A stretch of 64,000 bases of DNA, from NCBI GenBank assembly GCA_035454885.1, contig DATIGE010000056.1:9290-73289 (forward strand), in the 5' to 3' direction. The notes beneath the pieces were generated by a model that searched no databases, was not told where the DNA came from, and saw only the letters and a program-made list of their open reading frames with translations. Shown here piece by piece: positions 1-9,173 of the stretch (positions within the stretch are counted from its first letter, which is position 1; every line of letters begins with the position of its first letter). This DNA is from a bacterium (GTDB taxonomy: Bacteria; UBA10199; JACPAL01; GCA-016699445). A program made the translations under genes and the position numbers.

Positions 1-801
1 CTGACTGTCTCCGTCGTTGTTCTCCTGTCCCGGGTTCGCGACCTTGGGGCAGTTGTCGCTACCGTCGAGGACGCCGTCGTTATCGTCGTCCGGATCGCAG
101 ACGTCGCCCAGACTGTCGCCATCGGTGTTCGTCAGGTCCGTCGAGTTGGTCTCGGGGCAATTGTCCGGTGGGACCGGAATCCCGTCCCCGTCGGGGTCCA
201 CGATCCCCCCGGTGCCCTCGATCCTCACGTTGTGGATCCAGGCGAAGTTGTTGGCTTGATCTTCGAGAGGGATGGCCTCGCCCCCGCCGGTGCAGATGGC
301 CTTGGCGGGATTGGGAACACGGACGGTCAGGTTCAGGATGTCGATCTTCGCATTATTGAAGACGCGGATGGGGCAGTCGCCCCCGTTGGCCGTATAGTCT
401 GAAAAGTCCAGAACCACCGCGGTGTTGCCGGTGGTGTTGCATCCGGGTTCCGCGTTCGGTCCGGTCGAAACGCACTTCCGGAAGGCGACGCCGAAATTGG
501 CTCCGTTCGGAGGCGTATTGTAGATCTCGATGCCGTTCGGAAGGGCGATGGTCTGGTTACCGAAGAACCGTATCGCCTTCTTGCATTGCCGCTTGGCGTC
601 GTCGGTCTCGCTCGCTCCGTTGCCGTTGTTATAGAGGGCGACGGCGAGATCCAGGGCGGACCCGCTGCCGTTCTCGATGTCGCAGTAAATCTCGCCCCAT
701 GCGGCCTCCGCGCTCTTGGGACTCACGATCCCCGACGCGGCGACGAGAAAGACCGCCGCGAAAATCGCCTTCCGCACACCGAATTGTTTGGGAAATTTCA
801 T
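1..801 (-). CDS. secreted protein with thrombospondin type-3 (TSP3) Ca-binding repeats; 3' end lies outside the window
   Basis: The minus-strand frame is open from ATG 801-799 (GGAGGG about 6 nt upstream) to position 1, with no in-frame stop when checked codon by codon. It is absent from the ORF track because it runs off the edge. The N-terminus MKFPKQFGVRKAIFAAVFLVAASGIVSPKSAEA looks like a Sec signal peptide. The distal part reads DPDGDGIPVPPDNCPETNSTDLTNTDGDSLGDVCDPDDDNDGVLDGSDNCPKVANPGQENNDGDSQ, which fits the DxDxDGxxDxxDNCPxxxNxxQxDxDxDG TSP3 repeat pattern. Confidence 0.75.
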   Translation of the reverse strand, partial: MKFPKQFGVRKAIFAAVFLVAASGIVSPKSAEAAWGEIYCDIENGSGSALDLAVALYNNGNGASETDDAKRQCKKAIRFFGNQTIALPNGIEIYNTPPNGANFGVAFRKCVSTGPNAEPGCNTTGNTAVVLDFSDYTANGGDCPIRVFNNAKIDILNLTVRVPNPAKAICTGGGEAIPLEDQANNFAWIHNVRIEGTGGIVDPDGDGIPVPPDNCPETNSTDLTNTDGDSLGDVCDPDDDNDGVLDGSDNCPKVANPGQENNDGDSQ

Positions 802-1032
802 AAACCCTCCGGACGACGAGAGATCCCCCCGCCGCTGCGGGCTTCTTCGCGAAGGCAAAAACTTAGTTGCGTGATTTTTGTCAGGGTCAGGAGATTTTTA
901 AGCTCCTAATTTCCGAGGGTTTTCAGGGTCTTCTCCCGGGCTTCACCTTTATATCTCTTTGGAGCCGAGTTTTCATCGCCCGCAGATGCCCGCCGGACCC
1001 GGTTTTGCCGCCCGCTTTTTTCGAAAAAGGAC

Positions 1033-1060
1033 GCAACCTTTGGGACCCCTCCGCGATAAT
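1033..1060 (+). promoter_or_regulatory. cluster promoter motif copy 1 (sigma-28-like -10): GCAAC-N15-GCGATAAT
   Basis: GCAAC is at 1033-1037 and GCGATAAT at 1053-1060, 58 nt upstream of ATG 1118. Spacing and both blocks match seven further copies in the cluster. Confidence 0.5.
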
Positions 1061-1117
1061 GCTTTCAGTCAGCATTGAAGGGGATTTGTAAATTTTAATA
1101 TTTTAGGAGGGATCGTC

Positions 1118-3067
1118 ATGAGCATTAACATCACCGTCAGGCCCAGCGGGGCAACGTCGGGCGGAGACAGCAGAACGATCGAGGGCGAAGGCGCCATCGA
1201 CACCCGGGCCGAGGCTGAAGCGGCATTGACGCTCCTCCCCGAGGGAAGCACGAACGTGGTGGTCGCGGGCGACCGGACCTACACCCGCGAGCAGCTCATC
1301 GAAATCCGTGATCGCGCCCCGGCGGCTGCGGCCCCAGTTGCGGCAGACCGCGGCACGACGGCGGCGGACGGCATGGCCAACGGCGTCGAGCTCCAAGGCT
1401 ATTACGGCGGAGGCGTCGGTTCCAATCCCCACGACGGCGGCGGCGCCCGTCTCTCCTGGGTCCCCAGCTGGCGGGCCGCGGGCGACGAGCACACCTTGCA
1501 TTTTGACCTCCCGGTTGGTCTCGATATCGGCCACTTCAGCATGGGTTACACGCTCCCCGGCGGCGGAGACGCCAATTCGGCGTTCACGCGCTACGGGTTG
1601 CGGGTCGCCCCCACCGCGCGTTGGGTCCCGCCCTGGGCGGACCGGCGGCTTTCGCTCTCTTTGGGCTTAGGGCTGGGCGTCGGAGGTTTCACCACGGCGG
1701 ACAGCACGATGGTTTCCGTTCCGACCACCTGCACGCCGGGCGATTTCGGCCGCGGCGAGTGCGAACCGGACGCGGGTCCGCGCACGGGCAACGGCGGAAC
1801 GACCGGTCTCTTCAATCCCCGCATCGGCAATTCGCGCGGGACGAGCGGCGCTTATTTTGATATCGGCCTTCCCCTCACCTTCGGCGTCAACTTCGCCCGC
1901 GGTGATTGGGGCAACGTCGGCGGCTTCTTGAGCTTCGAACCGGCCTACACGCACATGATGCCCGGCGACGGCGACGGCTTCGGTTTCTGGTCCATGCGCG
2001 GCGGCTTGGGCATCCGCGGCACCTTCGGCGGCAGTTCCGTCGAGCGTCCGCGCCGGCCGGCCGGACCGACCATCGAAGATGCGCGCACCCATTCCACCGA
2101 AATTCCGGGGGGCGCCGCCTTCACCCTCGCGGATGACGCGGCCGTGCGCACCTTGGGCGGCCTGGGCGCGAACGCCCGCATCCTGGGCGTCCAGCTCGAC
2201 GACCATCCGGAAGACACCAGCGCTCCTTATACGTTCGACGCGGCCTGGATGACGCCGGGAGCGCACACGATCAAGATCCGTTATCGGAACCCGGGCGACA
2301 CGGAAGACCGCATCCGCCCGGTGAACATCACGGTCGGAACTCCGGCCCCGGTCAGCGTTCCGGAAGGGGGAACGGGCGAGGCCTTCGGATTGGTCCTCGA
2401 CATGCCCAGCACCGCGACCCGACCGGCGCCAGACGTCGTAGGCGGCGTTTCAACGCCGCGCCCGGTCCGGGTCGGAAGGATCACGACGACCTCGAGCTTC
2501 CCGGAGGGCGCGACCTATCAGATCTACGTGGACAGCAATCCCGTCGGCTCGGCCGCGGACCTTCCGCGCGACCGCGCGACGGAACTGACGGTCCCCGCGA
2601 CCATCGGTGACGGGGATCATCAGATCGAGGTCCGAGTCAGCCGTCCCGGCATGGCGGAGATCCGCTACCCGGCCCGGGCGGTCCGCGTCGGACCCGGTGT
2701 CGCTACGCTGAGCGCCGCGAGCGTTCCTTCGAATCCTCCGAGCGGCGGCCACTACTACAATGACCCGATCCGCGTCACGGTGACGAGCGATGTCGCGACC
2801 CGCGCCCGGATCACGGTCGGATCGCACACGGAAGACGTGAACCTGGTCGTCGGAGTCAACACGATCACGATGACCGGAGCCCCGAGAACCTGGACCACCG
2901 GCGGAGCCGCCGGACGGTCGACCCAGACGGTGCGTATCCAGCCGCTCGACGCGGCGGGCGCCCTGACGGGAACGGCCGTGGAAGCGGGATCGGTTGTCAT
3001 CCGCAGGGCGGGCGGTGGCCACAGACGATCGCCCACCACGACCAGGCCCGCGCGTCCGCTCCCGTAG
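1118..3067 (+). CDS. hypothetical protein X (649 aa): Gly/aromatic-rich central region plus three Ig-like beta-sandwich-looking repeats
   Basis: AGGAGG lies 7 nt upstream of the ATG. No N-terminal signal peptide (MSINITVRPSGATSGG). Residues ~90-330 are Gly/aromatic-rich with alternating hydrophobicity (LSLSLGLGLGVGGF, YFDIGLPLTFGVNF, FLSFEPAY). The C-terminal ~300 aa contain three similar ~90-aa segments (PYTFDAAWMTPGAHTIKIRY; ATYQIYVDSNPVGS..GDGDHQIEVRV; YYNDPIRVTVTS..GVNTITMTG). I recognise no characterised family. Confidence 0.7.
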   Translation: MSINITVRPSGATSGGDSRTIEGEGAIDTRAEAEAALTLLPEGSTNVVVAGDRTYTREQLIEIRDRAPAAAAPVAADRGTTAADGMANGVELQGYYGGGVGSNPHDGGGARLSWVPSWRAAGDEHTLHFDLPVGLDIGHFSMGYTLPGGGDANSAFTRYGLRVAPTARWVPPWADRRLSLSLGLGLGVGGFTTADSTMVSVPTTCTPGDFGRGECEPDAGPRTGNGGTTGLFNPRIGNSRGTSGAYFDIGLPLTFGVNFARGDWGNVGGFLSFEPAYTHMMPGDGDGFGFWSMRGGLGIRGTFGGSSVERPRRPAGPTIEDARTHSTEIPGGAAFTLADDAAVRTLGGLGANARILGVQLDDHPEDTSAPYTFDAAWMTPGAHTIKIRYRNPGDTEDRIRPVNITVGTPAPVSVPEGGTGEAFGLVLDMPSTATRPAPDVVGGVSTPRPVRVGRITTTSSFPEGATYQIYVDSNPVGSAADLPRDRATELTVPATIGDGDHQIEVRVSRPGMAEIRYPARAVRVGPGVATLSAASVPSNPPSGGHYYNDPIRVTVTSDVATRARITVGSHTEDVNLVVGVNTITMTGAPRTWTTGGAAGRSTQTVRIQPLDAAGALTGTAVEAGSVVIRRAGGGHRRSPTTTRPARPLP

Positions 3068-3128
3068 TATTGGACGGTCGACTCCGGGTGACTGATGCAA
3101 GCACGATGGTGAAGAATGGAGAGTATTT

Positions 3129-4811
3129 ATGACCGTATGTCGTGACGTACCTGCCGGGTTGGAACGCAACTGGCAGAACCTCAACGAAATGTATGTGGCC
3201 GTGGGCGTAAGACGCGCCGGCGACGCCGGAACGGCCTTGGCGCCGCCCTCGACCTACGCGGACTCGCAGACCTTGTCCTACATGGTGGGACCATCCGGAG
3301 CGCCGCGGCGATCCATCGATATCTCCATCTTCAACGACGTTGACGCCCGCGCCTGCTTCTTCCGATGGGCCGGGTACGATGAAACGGCGATCAACGCGCG
3401 CGTCACGGCCATCCGGAGCGAACACGCTGATGACCAGGCGGCCGCCGATGCGGCCGTCGCGACCTACCTGGCGACGTTGCCGGCCCTGCAGCAGCAGATC
3501 TACCGCGTTGTCGGTATGATCAGTATCTTCCGTCTGGATTACCGGCGGGAGGGCGGGGCGAACGTCGGCGGCGGCAACCGAGCCAATCCCGATTCCCCCG
3601 AAGCCGCGGACCCCAACATCATCACCGATTACGAGATCCAGCAGTACGCCGCCGAGGCCCTGGAAGGCGGGGATGAAAATCCCGAATACGTGGCGACCGG
3701 CGGACGCATCCTGAGCGGCATCCACGCGATGATCGGTCTCATGCACTATGTCACGACACCGGCACCCGCCGAGGATGGTCCTCGCGTCGTGGCAACCGAA
3801 CCCGTGGACGCCGGACCGGCGGTCGTTCCGACCGTCAATCCGAATCCTGCGTCAAGCAGGTCTTGGGTTTCAGAGCATTTGACAGAACTGATCGTCGGCG
3901 GCCTGACGGCTGTCGGACTGGGCTCCTTGGCAACTTATCTCGTCATGAGAAACCGCGGCGCTTCGACGGCCGAGCCCCGACCGAATACCTCGGTCACTGT
4001 AAATACGTCCGTCGACCGCGCGGGAGAAACCCGGACCGAACGCGCATCCACGCCACCGCCGTCCAGCGGGAACAGCCCGCGGGTCGTCGCCGACACCACC
4101 GGAAAACCTCCTGCTTCGGGCGGAGACACGGGTCCCCGAGTCGTGGCCGACACGACGGGAGCGCCCTCCGGCGGCGGTACTCCCTCGCGAGGAACCCCGA
4201 CGGTCGCCGTGCCCGACGACATCGCAAGCGCCCTGGCCGGTATTGACGGCAACGCATCGCCCGCGGGCGGAGCGCGTCCCAGCGGAACCCCGTCCATTGA
4301 CGGCGTCACGCCCGAGAATGTCATCATCAGCGGAACGACCGCCGAACCCGTCGCGGGCGTCACCCCGGCGGTCGTGCGGGCCCAGATCGTCCTCCATTAC
4401 CGGCACTTCCTCTCCCAGGCGGCCCGCGAGGCCCTGGCGGCGGGACGGCCACTGCCGGCGGACGGCGAGCTGGTGGCCAGCGCCTTCTCACGCGAAGTCA
4501 ATGAGCTGACCGACCGGGTCATCGCCGAGTACCACCGGATGTCGACGGCCGACGCCGATGCCCTGCGCGACATGTGGACCTCGCAGCGCGACGACGGCCG
4601 CCCCATCGTGCGCCGCGGCGTCCCTCAGAGACTGCTCATGAGCGTCGTGGGCGACTACATCACGGCGGAAGCCGCACGCGCCGGCTCGCCCTTCGAGGGC
4701 GGGTTCGGAACGGAGGTCCGCCGCGAGGCCGAGCGCCGATCCGGAGAGACGGACTACTTCGAGAGGGGCATGCGCGAAGTCCTGCGCGACCCCGTCCGCC
4801 TCGGACGCTAA
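3129..4811 (+). CDS. hypothetical single-pass membrane protein Y (560 aa)
   Basis: GGAGAG RBS. It starts 61 nt after gene X with no promoter motif between them, so it is probably co-transcribed. One central hydrophobic helix (LTELIVGGLTAVGLGSLATYLVM). A 19-aa tandem duplicate PRVVADTTG(K/A)P..GG is encoded at 4077-4160. A strong terminator follows. Confidence 0.7.
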   Translation: MTVCRDVPAGLERNWQNLNEMYVAVGVRRAGDAGTALAPPSTYADSQTLSYMVGPSGAPRRSIDISIFNDVDARACFFRWAGYDETAINARVTAIRSEHADDQAAADAAVATYLATLPALQQQIYRVVGMISIFRLDYRREGGANVGGGNRANPDSPEAADPNIITDYEIQQYAAEALEGGDENPEYVATGGRILSGIHAMIGLMHYVTTPAPAEDGPRVVATEPVDAGPAVVPTVNPNPASSRSWVSEHLTELIVGGLTAVGLGSLATYLVMRNRGASTAEPRPNTSVTVNTSVDRAGETRTERASTPPPSSGNSPRVVADTTGKPPASGGDTGPRVVADTTGAPSGGGTPSRGTPTVAVPDDIASALAGIDGNASPAGGARPSGTPSIDGVTPENVIISGTTAEPVAGVTPAVVRAQIVLHYRHFLSQAAREALAAGRPLPADGELVASAFSREVNELTDRVIAEYHRMSTADADALRDMWTSQRDDGRPIVRRGVPQRLLMSVVGDYITAEAARAGSPFEGGFGTEVRREAERRSGETDYFERGMREVLRDPVRLGR

Positions 4812-4838
4812 GACAAAGTCCAAACAAGTCCCCCAAAA

Positions 4839-4873
4839 AGCCGCCCCGGCCCAACGCCGGGGCGGCTTTTTTT
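4839..4873 (+). terminator. rho-independent terminator after gene Y
   Basis: A perfect 12-bp GC-rich stem (AGCCGCCCCGGC at 4839-4850 pairing with GCCGGGGCGGCT at 4856-4867), a 5-nt loop, then a run of T to 4873. Confidence 0.8.
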
Positions 4874-4902
4874 GCCCTATTCCGGATCTCATTCGTTTTA
4901 GA

Positions 4903-4930
4903 ACAACATTTTCAATTTTCCGCCGAAGAG
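4903..4930 (+). promoter_or_regulatory. cluster promoter motif copy 2 (weakest): ACAAC-N15-CCGAAGAG
   Basis: ACAACATTTTC is at 4903-4913 and CCGAAGAG at 4923-4930, 26 nt upstream of ATG 4956. Spacing is the same as in the other copies, but both blocks are degenerate. Confidence 0.35.
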
Positions 4931-4955
4931 GCCGCTGGAGTCGAAATCCGTCTCT

Positions 4956-7900
4956 ATGGTGGGAACCTCGCTCAATTTGATTTCATTGGGTCTGACCTCT
5001 CAAATGGGTCTGGGACTGGGCATCAACCGGCTCGGGGCAAATCTCGGAAATCTCCTGCAATTACAAGGGTCTAACGGAGACGGCTTCAACCTCTCGGAGT
5101 TTGTGGCCGACGCCCTCCCCTGGGCGGCCGGCGCGACCGCCCTGGGGATGGCAGCCGGTGCGGGGATCTATTTCGTCCGCCGCTGGCGGGATCGACAAGC
5201 GGCCCTCCCGCCTCCGGGGATGACGGACGCGCGTCCGGACCAGCTGAAGACCTATTTTCAAACCCCCTCGTCCGACCGCGAAAGGGCCCGGCCCCTCCTC
5301 TTGGGCTACTCGCCTACGGCCTCGGACGAAACCTTGGCCGAGACGGAACGGCGGATCGCCTCGGAGATCGCCGACCTACAGGCCGCTCTCACCGCCCCCC
5401 ACAACGAAAAGAACAAGAAAAGGATCGCCGAGGCCGTCCAGTCCTACGAAGACATTCAGGCCTTCCTTTCCCTGCGGCGGGGCCGGACGGTGCGGGTTCG
5501 CCGGGAATTCCTCGACCATCCGGAAACGGCCCACGCCACCGCCGTTAGACGCCTCTCGGCCCTCGAAGCGCACCGGCTCGTTCTGATCGCCCATTACTTT
5601 CAAAAGGCGCACATTTCACGGAAGAGCGACTTGCCGGACACCGAGCCGGAACCGAAAACGGTGTCCCGATACGCAGGCCTGGACGAGAGACAGAGACGCC
5701 AGCTCCACCTTCTGGCCCTCCGGACCTGGCAGTCGCTCTCTCCCGAGGACAAGGACTTCTTCTGGGAACTCCGACAAAAGGGCGACGACCTGCGCGGGAC
5801 CTCCGTCGCGCCGGATTTTCTGAGACTCTTTGCCCGTCTCGTTCCGAATCCAAAATTCCCCATGAATATGGACGCCTTGGCCGGCGAACTCGCGGGCCAA
5901 GTCACCGCACGCGTGAACGAGCTCAAGAACGGGCCGGAACTACCGCCTCATTTCCGGAACATCCATGGCGGCATCCTCTTGCTCCGGAGCGGCGAGCGCA
6001 TGATGGGTAATATCAAGATCCACCGCCACCTGGGGACCGCCAAGGTCCGCATCACCCGCGAGGTCGGACCGTCGGACAACCGGCAGGTGTCCGTATTGGA
6101 ATACTCTCCGGAACAAGTCCTGACGATCATCGGCGACGAGAAAAAATCCCAAGTACATTGGACGCACCCCGACATCCAGCTGAACGGGGACGACAACAAG
6201 ACCGCCCCCGGCATCGTCGCCGACCTGCGCGAGTACCCCTCCCCCTCCCTGGGCGGCGACCACCGCGTCCTGGTGAACTTTGCGGACGAGCGGCTGACCA
6301 AGAATCTTCAAAGCTTGGAGGTCCTCCGCGAAAAGCTGAAGGGCGGCGAAGTCCCCCCCGCGAGCGCCGTCAGAAGGTTGGCGGGCGCCTTGCTCAAGAA
6401 AAACACGAACCCGGACGCAGAAGCCGTCGCCGCAAAGAGCGGTCCCGGCATTCTGCACGCCCTCATGGACGTCCTGAACGCCGGCGGCCAGGCCGAGCGC
6501 GCCCTCTTGATCCAGATCATCCTGCAATTCCTCGGCATCCCTTCGGCCTTTGAGCGCCGGGACGCTACGGGCGAGGGCGAGACCGCCGCCTTTTGGGTGC
6601 GCGTCGCGGTCCCCGGGGAACCGCAGGTGATCCTTTGCCCGGGGCGGGACGGGGCGGTTCCGGAAGGCGACCCCGACTTTGCCTCCTTTCAAGACCAGAC
6701 GCCGCAGTCGGGATCCCATGGGGCGCCCACAAACGGACTGATCGCCCCCGCTCCCATCGCGCACGCCATCGTTTCGGCTCAGGGCGAAGACAACACGCCC
6801 ATCCCCGCGCCCGCTCCGCCTCCACCCGATGATTTCGACGACCGTCCGACCCAGGTGATCTCCCGGCCAAGACTGTTCGACACCCCCGTTTCGGCGGCAC
6901 CGGACGCCGAGACGGACGAACCGACCGTTCAGGTCCCTTTCGAGACCCTGAAGTCCGAGTCCCTCAGGCACGGCGTGACGGCCGAATTGAAGGAGCGTTA
7001 CGCCCTCTTCGCGACCGACACCGACGCGGCGCGCGAGTTTGCGCGGAGAATCAGCGAAAAGGTGTACGCCGCCTGGGACCAGGCGGGACGGCCGGACCTG
7101 GAAGCGAACGAACAGGGAGAGGCCGTCCTCATTCCGGAAAGATTCATCGAAGCGGTCATGAACGCCTGGAAGGCGAGCCTGCAAAAGAACAAGGGCGCGA
7201 TGGCACGGCGCATCCTGGCTGAGCTGGGCGACCGTGGCGACCGCGCAGCGCGGCGGAAGCCCGCCGCCGCGTCCCTCCCACAGGCGAGCGTTCTTCCCGA
7301 CGACGACGACAACCGGCCGACACTCATCCCGCCTGTCGCGGCTCCCGAACGCGAGAACATCGCCGTCCCCCTCACGCGGCGGTCACGCGCCACCCCTCCG
7401 CCGCTGCCCACGCCCGAGGAATTCGCCCGGCAACAGGAGGAAGCGGCGATTGAGAGAGCCACGGACATTCTCAAGCTCCGGTATCCGGTTTTTCATGAAC
7501 CGCCCTATCAGGGTCTGGCGACGGCCATCGCGCGCAACGCCTACCGGCAGGCGGGAGGCGATCCCGACGCACAACTTGAAGCCATTCTGGGTCTGGTCGC
7601 CCAAACGGCGCCGGCACTGGAGACCAGGGCCTCGCTTCAGCCGGTGCTTGCGGGGATCCGCGCCGCGGACGCGGTCATCTGGGAGCTCACGGACCGTTAC
7701 CCTGCCTTCCGCAATGCAGGCTGGAAAGGCTTTCTTCCCAACGCACTGGCCCACATTTTCCGGGCGTGGCAAATCGCCGGTTCCAAATTCGAAACCGCAC
7801 CGGACGGACGGACCGTCGTCCCGGAGCAGGTTTTTGAAAGCGGGTTCGCCGATTTCACTTCTGGTCTCACGCGGGACTATCCGAACGTGGAGCCCGAAAT

Positions 7901-9026
7901 TTTCGTCGAGGCCTTCATCGAGGGCGATTCGGACATTCGGGAAAAGCGATGGGTCATCGAAGTTGATCCCGAGAAGGACGCGGACATCATCGTCGGCGAC
8001 GGGCCCGACGCAGCCGGGGAACCGGCTCCGGAGGCGCCGGTTACGGCGACGCTGTCGATCCCGACCCCCGCACCGACCTCCGACGCCCCCGTCTCTGGGA
8101 CCGCCTCCGCCGTCTCGAACATTTCAGTCGTTCGCCGGCTGCCCGAAGCTGCGCCCCACGAGGACACCTCCTCCGAGATCCTCCGGCGCTATCCATCGCT
8201 GGAGGCCCATCCGGCCCTCGTCCGGACGCTCGCCGAGCGGTCCGCGCGATTGGCCGCCGAGGACGCCTCGACGCCCGCGGTCGACCGGACGCTCGCCGAA
8301 TTGATCCGCGCCCTTGCGGACACGGCCGTTCCGAAAACGCCCCGCGAGGAGATTCTCCGGTCACTCATCGAAAAGGACGTCGCCGACGAACTGGCCGAGC
8401 GTTACGGCGTCTTTCAGGAGGCGGCCTTCGCCAAGCTCAAGTCCGTCATGGCCCGCCGCATCTACGACGTTTGGGACGGCAACAACCGGACCTTCAACGG
8501 CACCGCAGCCGTTCTGCCGCTCCGCGTGCCGGAAAAATTCGTCGACCAGGGCATGAACGTCCTCTTGACGCCTCTCCGTGCGTCCGACCCCGAAATGGCC
8601 GACCGGATCATGCGCTCGTACCGGGGAACCCGCGCCGAACGAGCCGAACGTCTGGCCCGGCCGGCGTCCGCCCAAGCCGTCCGGCCCGTGCCCATCACAC
8701 AGGACAACGTCCGCATCGAACTGATGCATCGGTTCCCCGCGTTCTTCGGCGCCTACGGGAATCTTGCGACGGCCTTCGCCAAGGACATTTACGAAGCCTG
8801 GCTCCAAGAGGACCCGGAGCGGACGCTCGAGCAGAGCGGCGCCGGCCTCCGCGGGCTGATCCCCGAGTCCGTCCTCGAAAAGCGGATTCCCCTCTTCTAC
8901 GCCCGCGTGGAACAGGCCGGACACGCCGCGCTCGTTCGCGCCATGAAGGAAGACGACAAGGGCCCCCGCTCCAAGCGCGGGACGGCCGTCCTCGAGTTCG
9001 ACGTTCGATTCGCTCGCACCGGCTAG
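4956..9026 (+). CDS. hypothetical large protein Z (1356 aa) with an N-terminal hydrophobic segment and six (E)LxxR(Y/F)PxF repeat modules
   Basis: Long ORF with ordinary amino-acid composition, whereas the antisense ORFs are Arg/Gly/Pro-rich. One hydrophobic segment sits near residue 55-75 (LPWAAGATALGMAAGAGIYFV). Repeats start near nt 6985, 7466, 7682, 8179, 8391 and 8721. No recognisable family. Confidence 0.75.
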   Translation: MVGTSLNLISLGLTSQMGLGLGINRLGANLGNLLQLQGSNGDGFNLSEFVADALPWAAGATALGMAAGAGIYFVRRWRDRQAALPPPGMTDARPDQLKTYFQTPSSDRERARPLLLGYSPTASDETLAETERRIASEIADLQAALTAPHNEKNKKRIAEAVQSYEDIQAFLSLRRGRTVRVRREFLDHPETAHATAVRRLSALEAHRLVLIAHYFQKAHISRKSDLPDTEPEPKTVSRYAGLDERQRRQLHLLALRTWQSLSPEDKDFFWELRQKGDDLRGTSVAPDFLRLFARLVPNPKFPMNMDALAGELAGQVTARVNELKNGPELPPHFRNIHGGILLLRSGERMMGNIKIHRHLGTAKVRITREVGPSDNRQVSVLEYSPEQVLTIIGDEKKSQVHWTHPDIQLNGDDNKTAPGIVADLREYPSPSLGGDHRVLVNFADERLTKNLQSLEVLREKLKGGEVPPASAVRRLAGALLKKNTNPDAEAVAAKSGPGILHALMDVLNAGGQAERALLIQIILQFLGIPSAFERRDATGEGETAAFWVRVAVPGEPQVILCPGRDGAVPEGDPDFASFQDQTPQSGSHGAPTNGLIAPAPIAHAIVSAQGEDNTPIPAPAPPPPDDFDDRPTQVISRPRLFDTPVSAAPDAETDEPTVQVPFETLKSESLRHGVTAELKERYALFATDTDAAREFARRISEKVYAAWDQAGRPDLEANEQGEAVLIPERFIEAVMNAWKASLQKNKGAMARRILAELGDRGDRAARRKPAAASLPQASVLPDDDDNRPTLIPPVAAPERENIAVPLTRRSRATPPPLPTPEEFARQQEEAAIERATDILKLRYPVFHEPPYQGLATAIARNAYRQAGGDPDAQLEAILGLVAQTAPALETRASLQPVLAGIRAADAVIWELTDRYPAFRNAGWKGFLPNALAHIFRAWQIAGSKFETAPDGRTVVPEQVFESGFADFTSGLTRDYPNVEPEIFVEAFIEGDSDIREKRWVIEVDPEKDADIIVGDGPDAAGEPAPEAPVTATLSIPTPAPTSDAPVSGTASAVSNISVVRRLPEAAPHEDTSSEILRRYPSLEAHPALVRTLAERSARLAAEDASTPAVDRTLAELIRALADTAVPKTPREEILRSLIEKDVADELAERYGVFQEAAFAKLKSVMARRIYDVWDGNNRTFNGTAAVLPLRVPEKFVDQGMNVLLTPLRASDPEMADRIMRSYRGTRAERAERLARPASAQAVRPVPITQDNVRIELMHRFPAFFGAYGNLATAFAKDIYEAWLQEDPERTLEQSGAGLRGLIPESVLEKRIPLFYARVEQAGHAALVRAMKEDDKGPRSKRGTAVLEFDVRFARTG

Positions 9027-9099
9027 CGACCTCATCGGATCGCCCCTCGAAGATCCCCGTGAGTCTCATTTCTACCTCGAGTTGCATTCCTACCTCGCC

Positions 9100-9127
9100 G
9101 CAACGTTCGCGCCTTACGGCCGAAAAC
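9100..9127 (+). promoter_or_regulatory. cluster promoter motif copy 3: GCAAC-N15-CCGAAAAC
   Basis: GCAAC is at 9100-9104 and (G)CCGAAAAC at 9120-9127, 47 nt upstream of ATG 9174. The downstream CCAAAGC resembles the CCAAAAC found in copies 4 and 7. Confidence 0.5.
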
Positions 9128-9173
9128 CAAAGCTGAGACTTGAATTTTTCAGGTCAAAACTGCGGGAGGATTT

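Noticed and set aside
5940-7184. 414-aa minus-strand ORF inside gene Z
   Set aside because: It is antisense to a longer ORF with normal composition. Its product is Arg/Gly/Pro/Val-rich with no motifs, no SD site and no paralogue support, which is typical of a high-GC shadow ORF.
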